DNA from: Azolla caroliniana
Taxonomy: Eukaryota; Plantae; Polypodiophyta
Assembly: GCA_043228905.1 (NCBI GenBank)
Contig: JBHGNT010000013.1
Location: 2,480,001 to 2,544,000, forward strand
Reading direction: 5' to 3'
Length of the DNA stretch: 64,000 bases
Position numbers and translations under genes: made by a program. The notes under the pieces were generated by a model. That model searched no databases, was not told the DNA's origin, and saw nothing but the letters and a program-made list of their open reading frames with translations. Positions within the stretch are counted from its first letter, which is position 1. Every line of letters begins with the position of its first letter. Shown here piece after piece: positions 1-10,689 of the stretch.

Positions 1-84
1 TAAACACTCATTTTTGTTGTAAACAAATTGTCTCATGGACCAAATTTGGCCTTAGAAGATGTTAATATATCTTTCTTTCTATCC

Positions 85-706
85 TCTCACATTCCAACCC
101 ATCAACAATATTCCTCTTACCATAGCGATAAAATTTGGAGTTTGAGGACTCCCGTGGTTTTTCCCTTTCCGTGTTTTCCACATTAAATCTTGGCTCCACC
201 CCCACCCATCAATAATATTCCTCCTACCATAGTGATCAAGTTCAGAGTTTGTGGACTCCCGTGGTTTTTCCCTTTCAGGTTTTTCTACGTTAAATTTTGT
301 CTCTGGCTACCATAGTGATAAAGTTCGGAGTTTGAGGACTCTCGTGGTTTTTCCCTTTCCGTGTTTTCCACGTTAAATCTTGGCTCCACCCCCACCCATC
401 AACAATATTCCTCCTACCATAGCGATAAAGTTCGGAGTTTGAGGACTCCCGTGGTTTTTCCCTTTCTGTGTTTTCTACGTTAAATCTTGGCTCCACCCCC
501 ACCCATCAATAATATTCCTCCTACCATAGTGATCAAGTTCAGAGTTTGTGGACTCCCGTGGTTTTTCCCTTTCAGGTTTTTCTACGTTAAATTTTGTCTT
601 TGGCTCCACCCCCCACCCATCAACAATATTCCTCCTACCATATGATAAAGTTAGGAGTTTGTGGACTCCCGTGGTTTTCCCTTTCCGGGTTTTCCACATT
701 AAATCT
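85..706 (+). repeat. Tandem array of 6 ~107-113 bp units (one truncated) amplified from a Copia LTR motif
   Basis: Core ggactc(c/t)cgtggtttttcccttt..gttttccac(g/a)ttaaa recurs 6 times. The same motif occurs once in the Copia LTRs at ~4105-4140 (- strand) and ~58105-58140 (+ strand). Confidence 0.9.
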
Positions 707-1165
707 TGTGTCTCTGTACTTGTGTTTTCTGCCATTTCAATCTTTGCCCCCGCATACGCATTGCCGAGGTCCGGCTGTGGCTGGTTGCATATTGTCATAA
801 ACATCGGCTCAAATTTTAGCCTTAGGTCCTTGTATATATATATTTCTCTTAGACAAACTTTATCTGACTTTAAACCTTTGTATAAAGCGTGGTATGTAAG
901 ACTCAGTATGTAAGACTTGGCATGCAAGAATTAGTATGCTTGATTTTATTGTATACATAAGACTTGGCATGAGCATGCTTATCATGCATCACTACATGTA
1001 TAAAAAGGGTTGATCTCCCTTGTTAACATCAAGGACATCAACACTAGTCATGGAATAGTTATTCTCACTCATTTTCATCAACTTCCCCATTCTCCTATCT
1101 TCCAACTATTCATCTGTGACAAATTGATCTCCTTCCTTCTTTTTCTTCTTTCTCAATACCCTATT

Positions 1166-2159
1166 ATGTTAGAATCATTTAGTAGCCTTGACCAAATATT
1201 GGCGGCCCTGCAACAACTCCAACATGAGAATGCAAACTTGCGAAACTCCGTCCAAGAACTTCAGGCGGCCACAACAGTCATACCTTACCCAATTATTGAC
1301 CCTTTTTGCCACGGAACCCAATGTTAGCTTGCCAGATAAATTCGATGGAACGAGTTCACAATTAAGAGGCTTCATCAACTAGATCCGCCTTATTATTCGC
1401 CTTCAGCCCTGACGCTATTTTGATGACTTTCGACGATTCAGGCTCATCGGCACATTGCTGACAGGACAAGCCCAAGCTTGGTTTGCCCCTCTAGTGGAGA
1501 CCTCTTCGCCCCTCTTGAGCAATTTCCAAGCATTTGTTACCGAATTTGAAGCAACTTTCAAGGAGACTGACAAACGACAAGCCGCACTAAACAAACTATA
1601 TGCATTACAACAAGGAGAAGGTGCAACATCAATCTATGCATCTGAATTTCATCAGCTCGCGTGCGATGTCGAATGGGATGGACAAGCCCTCCTTGATCAA
1701 TTCCATTGAGGATTACGAGGTGAGATAAAAAATCTTTGGCTTAACTTTCTTGAGCCCACATCCTTGAATGAGGCTATTTCCCAAGATGTGTGGTGCGATA
1801 ACCGTCTCTTTGAGTTCGGACAAGAGGAATGTCCTCACTGGATCCATCCACCTTGGCTAGCCGCGACACGAAGTCACCTACCGTGGTTGAAGCCCCCAAC
1901 ACCCATGTCATCCTCCACTTAATCTTCAACTCCCGCCATAGATTCTAGCTCCCCAATGGAGATCAATCAAATTCGCTTCCGACCATTGACGAATGTGCTA
2001 CGACAACATCGACGGGCTAACAATTTATGTCTCTATTGTGGCGGCCCTGACCATGTGATCTGCTCTTGCCCAAAACAGGGATGCCGTCAAACACCACATC
2101 GTATGGATGGGGTTGAAATTTCCTGCCAATAGGAAAACTCCAATGTCCAATTGCAGTAA
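1166..2159 (+). pseudogene. gag: gag of Tcn1-1 (stops and frameshifts)
   Basis: Fragments LPDKFDGTSSQLRGF and LLTGQAQAWFAPL, plus a CCHC knuckle CLYCGGPDHVICSC near 2028-2070. Confidence 0.85.
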
Positions 2160-3992
2160 GGGCTGTGCATCTGGACCACAAGAGTCGACAATTATGTCCA
2201 GGGCCCAATCAACAGACTTCCTCAACAACAAGCTTCATGCTTCCGAACACTCTTCAGTTTGGCTCAACCACTCTGAAGACAAAAGATTTGTTGGATTCTG
2301 AGCTATATCGTGCTTTATTGACATCATGTTTGCACAGACACACAACATTCCAAGCAACAAAATAACTGTCCCGATTCTAGTTAATGTGATCGACAGTCAA
2401 ACGCTCTCTTCTGGTGCAACCACAGATACAACAACTCCCTTGAGTTTCCACATAGAAGAAATCATTTTTAACCTCATCACATCACCACGAAATCCTATCA
2501 ACTTGGGGTTATCATGGCTCGAGACTCACAATCCAATTGTGGATTGCCGATCTCGCTCCATCAACTTCACCTCGAATTCTCACTCACAAGGGATTGCTTC
2601 CACTCTTCTTCGACCCAATGCTCTGCCATTTGTTTGGCCGCCTACTTTGGTGAGGACCGTGTCAATGGTTGCTCCCACTCATGTTTCGGGGTAACTCCCG
2701 TTTCTACTCTGGTGAGGACCACATCAATGGTTGCTCCGCTTCCCGTTTCAGCTCCGGTGACGACCGCGTCAACGGTTGCTCCCACTCATGTTTTGGAGGA
2801 AACTCCCATTTCTGCTCTAGTGAGGAGCACGTTAGTGGTCTCTCCCATTTCCTCTTTAATGAGAACCGCGTCAACGATTACTCCAATAGAAACAACATTG
2901 ATAGTTACTCCCGCTTTGGCCTTGGAAACAGTTTCCACTGTTGCTCGAGTAAGTGATATAGTGTTGATTGTATCCATTTCTAATTCTAAGAACATGGAGG
3001 TCATGTCCACTTCAAACATTGCCCTATGTACTAGCTCTTTTCCATCAAAATACAATGATTTCTCTGATATATTTGAGAAGAAAAATGTTGATCGCTTGCC
3101 AGAACATCGCCCAAACGATTGTCCAATTGACTTGAAAGATGGTGCTCGTCCTCCTTTTCGCCCTATCTATGGGTTATCTGAACCTGAACTCAAGGTCCTC
3201 AAAATATAGATTGAAGAGAATCTCACAAAGGGATTCATTCACCACTCAAAATCTCCTGCTGGCTCTCATATCCTATTTGTCAAAAAAAAAAGATGGAACG
3301 TTACGCTTATGTATCGACTATCGCGGGCTCAATCGAGTCATTGTTCGAAACTGTTATCCACTACCTCTAATCCCCGAACTCCTCGACCAACTTCGGGCTG
3401 GAGTTATATTCTCCAAAATCGATCTCAGAGGAGCCTACAACCTGGTGTGTATCAAGCCTGGAGATGATTGGAAAACGACATTTCGAACCAGGTATAGGCA
3501 TTTTGAATACACGGTAATGCCATTTGGTCTCAGAAACGCTCCTGTTGTTTTTCAACATATGATGATTGATATCTTCTGAGAATATTTGGACCAATTTGTG
3601 GTCATCTATCTCAACGACATACTTATCTTCTCACAGGACTACATAGAGCACACCAAGCACATCCAACTTATCTTATCCAAACTTTAGGAACATGGACTTT
3701 ATGCAAAACCCGAGAAGTGTGAGTTTGATCGAACCTCTGTTGAATTCCTCGGGTATGTCATTTCATCTGATGATCTCACTATGGACAAGAAGAAAGTCGC
3801 AAGGGTTCAAGAGTGGGAAGTCCCCACCAAGGTCAAGGATGTGCAATCGTTTTTGGGTTTTGCCAACTTCTATCGTCAATTCATTCAAGGATTCTCTAGA
3901 TTGGTGCAACCACTTATAGCACTCACTCAAAAGGATTCCTCTTTTTTCTAGACTCCTACAACCCAACTGGCATTCTAGACACTAAAGAAAGC

Positions 3993-4259
3993 TGTCAGGA
4001 TTTGACGCTATCAAATCTTTCGCCTCTCGGCCACAACCGAGACAACACGGATCAATGCAGCAGAAAATGGGAAAAAGACACAGAGAGACGAATACACAAG
4101 GTATAACGTGGAAAACCCTAAACGGGAAAAACCACGGGAGTGCACGACTCCAACTATCAGTATACACTGGAATATACAATGGCGAGCCGCAAGGCGACGA
4201 CCTTGAGCTCGCTGTCCTCGCCACAGGCGGCGGTATTACACAGAGGCGTCGACCTCTTC

Positions 4260-4296
<37 letters not shown>

Positions 4297-7200
4297 CTGC
4301 TCTCACTTCGCTCCCTCTAAGTGAAAACAAAAAATGAGCAACAACATAAACTGTTTGCCCTAAGTCATATTTATACACATATGACTTTCGGGCTATTTAC
4401 AAATATAGCCTCAAGGGCTCTTGGCAAACATATTCACAAATATGTCCCCGCATCCGGATCTCCCTCCGGGTACATTCGTCATCCGGCTCCATAACCGGGG
4501 TCTTCAGCATCCGGCTCCGTAGCCGGGGTATTCATCATCCGGCTCCGTAGCCGGGGTCTTCATCATCCGGCACCGTAATCGCAACCGGGCTTGCCGTCAT
4601 TCATCTCCGGACATCCCATCCGGAGGGACCGAAATCCCAACAAACTCCCCCTTCACTTCGGCATGGGATGTCTCTCCAATCCGATCCTCTTCCGGCATGC
4701 TTCCAGCTTGTCGGGTGTGAGCACTTTGGTCAGCATATCTGAGCCGTTCTCGTCCGTGTGGATCTTCGTCAGCACGAACTCCTTGTCTTCTATCCTTTCC
4801 CGGATCCAGTGGTATCTACGCTGGATGTGTTTCGTCCGGGAATGGTAGGCCGCGTTCTTTGCAAGGTGGATGGCACTCTGACTATCGCAGTAGAGTCGGT
4901 ACTCCTCCTGCCGGATCCCGAGCTCTCTAATGAAGTCCTTCATCCATATTATTTCCTTGCCGGCTTCAACAGCTGCCATGTACTCCGCTTCCGTGGTTGA
5001 CAACGCAACCGTCTTCTGCAGCCTCGACTGCCACGAAACGGCTCCCCCTGCATAGGTCATCACATACCCTGATGTGGACCGGCTGGTATCTGCATCAGCC
5101 GACATATCCGAATCGGTGAAGCCGTCGAGTTCGGGCTTACCGGAGCCGAATCGGAGGCACACATTTGCCGTGCCCTTCAGGTATCGGAGTATCCACTTGA
5201 CCGCGGTCCAATGCTCTTTGCCGGGATTGCTCATGTACCGGCTCACCACTCCGACTGCGTATCCAATGTCTGGTCTTGTACACACCATTGCGTACATCAA
5301 GCTTCCGACAGCAGAGGCATATGGTACTTTCATCATGTCCTCTTTCTCAGCCTTTGTCCTGGGGCTTTGCTTGCTGGACAGCTTGCAGTTTGCCGGGAGG
5401 GTTGATCCGACCGGTCTTGCTTCCGACATGTTGAACCGTTGAAGCACCTTTGTCACGTACTTCTCCTGTGACAGCCACAACTGCTTCTTGCTCCGGTCCC
5501 GGATGATGTGCATCCCTAGTATTTGTCTCGCCGGACCCAAGTCCTTCATTGAGAAGGTTCGGTGAAGAGCCTTCTTCAGCATCCGTATCTTGACCTGGTC
5601 CCGTCCGACGATCAACATGTCGTCCACGTACAGAAGGAGTATTAGAAAGTCTCCTCCTTCGAATTTCTTCACAAACACGCAGTGGTCAGACTGCGTTTTG
5701 AGGTACCCTTCGTCGGTCATGAAGGAGTCGAACTTCCGGTACCATTGCCGGGGAGCCTACTTCAGTCCGTAAAGGCTCTTCTTCAACCGGCATACCAGGT
5801 GCTCCTTCCCTTTCTTCTCGAATCCTTCCGGTTGCTGCATGTAGATCTCTTCTACGAGGTCACCGTGAAGGAATGCCGTCTTCACGTCCATCTGTTCTAC
5901 CTCGAGGTCCATGCTTGCCGCTATGCTCAGCACCGTCCGGATGGAGGTCATCTTCACTACCGGGGCAAATATCTCGTCGAAATCGACGCCCTTCTTTTGC
6001 TGGAACCCCTTCACCACGATCCTGGCTTTGTATCTCGGGGGGTTTCCGGCATCTCCCGGTTTCAGCTTGAACACCCACTTGTTTCGTAGTGCCCGCTTTC
6101 CTTTTGGCAACTCCACAAGTTCATATGTGTGGTTCTCATGCAGGGAATCCATCTCGTCCTGCATGGCACTCAACCACCTGCGGCTCTGGGTGTCATGCTT
6201 TGCTTCTTCAAAGCTCTCCGGCTCCCCCTCGTCGGTTAGCAGCACGTGCTCTGGTTCCGGAAATCTCCGGGGGGCCCTTCTCTCTCTTAGAGGATATCTC
6301 CGTTCCGGAGCTTCGGTAACCGGCTGCTCCGTTTCCTCTTCATTCGAATCTATTTCAGGATCGGGGCCGGTTCCGGTATCAGTTTCATCTTCCTCGGCCG
6401 GTTCTGTTTCTTCACCGTCTTCGGCCGGATCCTCGAGTGCTAACCGGTCCCTTGCCGGTCGGGACTGCTCCTCGTAGAGTTTATCCTCACCGGTCGACTT
6501 GGAGCTCTTCATCTTCTTCTCCGACTCCCAGTCGGCGAGTGTCTTGTCCTCCATGAAGATGATATCTCGACTCCTGAATATCTTCTTGTCGACCGGGTCC
6601 CATACTCGGTAGCCGAACTCGTCGTCGCCGTAACCGAGGAATATGCATGGCCGGGTCTTTGGATCTAACTTTCCTCTCCGGTCCTTTGCCACATGCACGT
6701 ATGCGAGACACCCGAACACCTTCAGATGCCGGTAGGACACTTCCTTACCGGTCCACACTTTCTGCGGCGTGTCTCCGTCCAAAGGTACTGAGGGTGATCT
6801 ATTTATCACATACGTCGCCGTCGACATTGCCTCAGCCCAAAATCCCTTGGGTAATTTCGCATGCGCCAGCATACTCCGGACCCTCTCCATTATGGTCCGG
6901 TTCATCCTCTCGGCCAGCCCGTTCAGTTCCGGCGTCTTCGGCACAGTAAACTCGAGCCGGATTCCCTTCGAGCGACAGTACTCCTGGAACTGCCCCCGGT
7001 ATTCCCCTCCGTTATCCGCTCGTATCGCTTTCAGCTTCTTGCCGGATTCCCTTTCCACTCTCGCGTGGAGTTCTTTGAAGACGGACAATACTTGGTCCTT
7101 TGTCTTCAACGGTGCCGTCCACAGCTTCCGGCTATGGTCATCTATGAATGTTACGAAGTATTGGGCTCCGCCATGTGACTTCGTTTCTACCTGACACACA

Positions 7201-9023
7201 TCAGTGTGCACCAACTCCAATGGTACACTACGTCTCGTCGGTGGCCTTGAGTGGAAGGAGGTCCGGTTTTGCTTACCGGCCAGGCAGTCGGTGCACTTCT
7301 CCAGGTGCACATGCTTCACCGGAATAAGGTTGTCTTCTGCAAGCCTCTTCATCCCCTTCTCACTCATGTGGCACAGTCTCTTGTGCCACAGCTCACCGGC
7401 AGTGTCGGCTGCCACGTTCAGCTCCTCCGGACATAGCCGGGAATTCATCAGGTACAGTGTGTTGACCTTCCGGGCCCGAGCCACTATCAGGCTCCCTTTG
7501 CTGAACTTCATGACACCGTTCCGGATGCTGCCCGTGTAGCCTTCATCGTCTAGCCTCCCGGCCGAAATCAGGTTCAATCGGACCTCCGGAACATGTCGCA
7601 CATCCTTCAGCAGCATCTTGCATCCGGTTGATGTCATCAGCCACACGTCTCCTATGCCGGTAATCCGGCATGTACCTTCATTTCCCATCCGGACACAGCC
7701 GTGCTCACCGGCTGCGTAGGATGAGAAGTATTTCTTCTCCGGGGTCAGGTGGAACGACGCTCCGGAATCGACCACCCAGGTCATCTCTTCATCAGCAAGG
7801 TTCAGCTCCCTCTCTTCGGTAATGAGCATTATCTCTTCTTCACTTGCCGCGAGTGCGGTCGTTCCTTTCCGGTCCTGCCCTCGCCGATCCGGACCTCTCC
7901 GGTCCGTGGCTCCTCGGTATGCACCGTTTCTCTCCGGTGACTTCTTCGAATCGGTGTCGTCGGCTCCGTTGTCCTTTCGGTAATGCCGACAATTCTTCCG
8001 GAAGTGCCCCGGCTTCCCACAGTGGAAGCACGTGGGCCTTCCTCTTGACTGCGACCGGGTCCCCGGCTTCTCCCGTCTTTGCGGACTCCGGTTCCATTGT
8101 CTTCCCCGTTCCGATTCGGTAAGCAGCGCCTTCGAGTCGGAGGCCGGTTCTTTATCTCTCCGACGCGCTTCTTCGTTCAAAATACTTGTCTTTACCGTTT
8201 GTAGGGACAAGTTATCTTCCGTGCAGGAGGTGCTGAGTGTCACCACCAAGTTCTCCCAGCTTTCCGGCAATGTACACATCAGAATGATGGCTTGCATTGC
8301 ATCCTCCAACGGGAACTTGATCGCCGCAAGCTGGTTCACGAATCCCATGAACGTGCTCACGTGTTCCACCATATTCTCGCCGTCCCGGTACTTGAGGTTC
8401 ACTATCTTCCTCATCAGGGAGGTCCGGTTCAACGCATTCTTCCTCTCGTAGAGGCCCGACAGCTTCTTCCACATCTCATATGCGTTGGTGTCGTTCGCCA
8501 CATGTTGCAGAACACTTACATCTACATATTGCCGGATCGTCGCTACGGCTTTCCGGTTCAGGAGCTTCCACTCCGACTCTATTACCCCCTTGGGTATCTC
8601 GGCATTGTCGATCGGTTCGTACAGGTCTCGGACGATGAGGAGGTCTTCCATCTTTATCTTCCAGTCGGCGTAGTTCTGTGAGTTCAACACCATCATGCCC
8701 GGAGGCCCACTACCGCCGCCTTCCATTTTCTGTGTTACCGTGCTCTGATACCAGTTTGTCAGGATTTGACGCTATCAAATCTTTCGCCTCTCGGCCACAA
8801 CCGAGACAACACGGATCAATGCAGCAGAAAATGGGAAAAAGACACAGAGAGACGAATACACAGGGTATAACGTGGAAAACCCTAAACGGGAAAAACCACG
8901 GGAGTGCACGACTCCAACTATCAGTATACACTGGAATATACAATGGCGAGCCGCAAGGCGACGACCTTGAGCTCGCTGTCCTCGCCACAGGCGGCGGTAT
9001 TACACAGAGGCGTCGACCTCTTC

Positions 9024-9055
<32 letters not shown>

Positions 9056-9402
9056 GCTGCTCTCACTTCGCTCCCTCTAAGTGAAAACAGAAAATGAGCA
9101 ACCACATAAACTGTTTGCCCTAAGTCATATTTATACACATATGACTTTCGGGCTATTTACAAATATAGCCTCAAGGGCTCTTGGCAAACATATTCACAAA
9201 TATGTCCCCGCATCCGGATCTCCCTCCGGGTACATTCGTCATCCGGCTCCATAACCGGGGTCTTCAGCATCCGGCTCCGTAGCCGGGGTATTCATCATCC
9301 GGCTCCGTAGCTGGGGTCTTCATCATCCGGCACCGTAATCGCAACCGGGCTTGCCGTCATTCATCTCCGGACATCCCATCCGGAGGGACCGAAATCCCAA
9401 CA
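3993..9402 (-). mobile_element. Full-length Ty1/Copia element (Tnt1/Tork-like), young (Copia-1)
   Basis: LTRs 3993-4642 and 8757-9402 differ by ~4 substitutions plus CT-repeat length; TSD AAAGC at 3988-3992 and 9403-9407; iMet PBS TGGTATCAGAGC at 8753-8742; PPT at 4643-4655. Confidence 0.98.
4653..8726 (-). pseudogene. Copia gag-PR-INT-RT-RH polyprotein with one premature TAG at 5757-5759
   Basis: CCHC CFHCGKPGHFRKNC, PR VDSGAS, GAG-pre-INT LWHKRLCH, RT YVDD, RH ADADTSRS. SLYGLK*APRQW replaces SLYGLKQAPRQW, and the frame continues past the stop. Confidence 0.95.
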
Positions 9403-9424
9403 AAAGCTTTTACCTCGGCTCCGG

Positions 9425-10689
9425 TGTCGCGAAATTACGACGAGGATACGTGAACTTTGAGGCAGGACCCCGGGTCCTCCGACCGGAAGATATCAGATTC
9501 ATATGATTATATTAAACAATTAATACAAAATGATAAAGATTCACGAATTTCATTAATAACGGAAAAGAAAGATTACAATCAATCTAAAGATTGAGATTAC
9601 AAAAGTTTTATCTTAAGGAGATTGCTAGAATAATAGATTAGAAGAAACTAAGATATGGATTCCATAGAGATTTAGGGTTCTTGGCTTTCATAAGAGATTA
9701 TGGTTATATGAGTATTATGGCTTCCGTAGGGAAGATTAACGTTTTTGAGTGTTATGGCTTTCGTAGGGAAGATTAGGGTTTATGAGAGATATGGCTTTCC
9801 TAAGATAAGGGAGTTGAGAAGGAAAAGAAAATTAAGATAATATGGAGAGTCCCAGTATAGGAAAAAAAATAGAATATATATGGTATTCCCTGTTGATCAT
9901 ATGCATGTCTGCTTTTAGTTGCATGGCCTCTACTTTTAGTTGCATAACTTCTTCTTTTAGTTGCATGGCTTTTTCTTTTTGTTGCATGAAACCGTCCACA
10001 TGACCTTTACTTTTTGCATGCACTCCAACTTTAGTTGCTTGTGTCCACATGGCCTTCACTTTAGTTCTCTTCACTTTACTTTAGTTTGTTGCATGATCCA
10101 ATTTTCCGTCCATCCGTATCCAACCTCGTCCGGTAGCCGGTTCCGCTCTATCGCCGAATCCCTCGCCGACCGATTCCGTTTTGCTTGCCAGCCTGTTCCG
10201 GTTCCGGTTTTGCTTACCGGCCGGTTCCAGTTTGCTTGCCGGTATCGGTTTCAGTTTTGCATACCGGCCAGTTTCCGATTTGCATACCAGCTCCGATTCC
10301 GGTTTTGCTTGCCAACCGGTTTCCGATTTGCATACCGGCTGGTTTCCAAATTTGCTTACCGGCCGGTTTCCGATTTTAGGGAATTTGGCCACCATCATCC
10401 ATCAAGACAAAGTGGCCAAAGTGCTCTTAGCACAAATGACAAATGAGGGAGCTCAAGGTGCTTATATAGCCAGGGCCTTAAGTTTCCTATCTATGTGGGA
10501 TAGTTCTAATTTCTCTATCTTCTCAAACTTTATTTTCACATAACTTGATATGTATTTCTCCATTTTGTATATAGTAAAATACATTTTGAATCTCTTGAGT
10601 ATATCCATCTTTCTATAGTAAGCTACTAATCTAATGTATAATAATTATTTCATTATTTTTTTACATAGTGTGTGAAGATTCACACGACA
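9425..10689 (-). mobile_element. Solo LTR of Trp-primed Gypsy family A
   Basis: TG...CA; homologous to LTRs 18563-19905 and 32845-34498; 4-bp TSD CCGG at 9421-9424 and 10690-10693; removing it restores host FTSAPVLLHLD. Confidence 0.95.
10130..10378. repeat. CCGG-rich minisatellite inside the family A solo LTR
   Basis: Degenerate ~20-25 bp units of type ttccggtttt-gc(t/a)t(g/a)ccggccgg. Confidence 0.9.

Noticed and set aside
85-706. CRISPR-like repeat array
   Set aside because: The whole unit repeats with no unique spacers, there are no cas genes, and the context is a eukaryotic LTR.
5757-5765. Programmed stop-codon readthrough in Copia-1
   Set aside because: The TAG lies inside the conserved RT motif SLYGLKQAP and lacks a CARYYA context; a point mutation is the simpler explanation.
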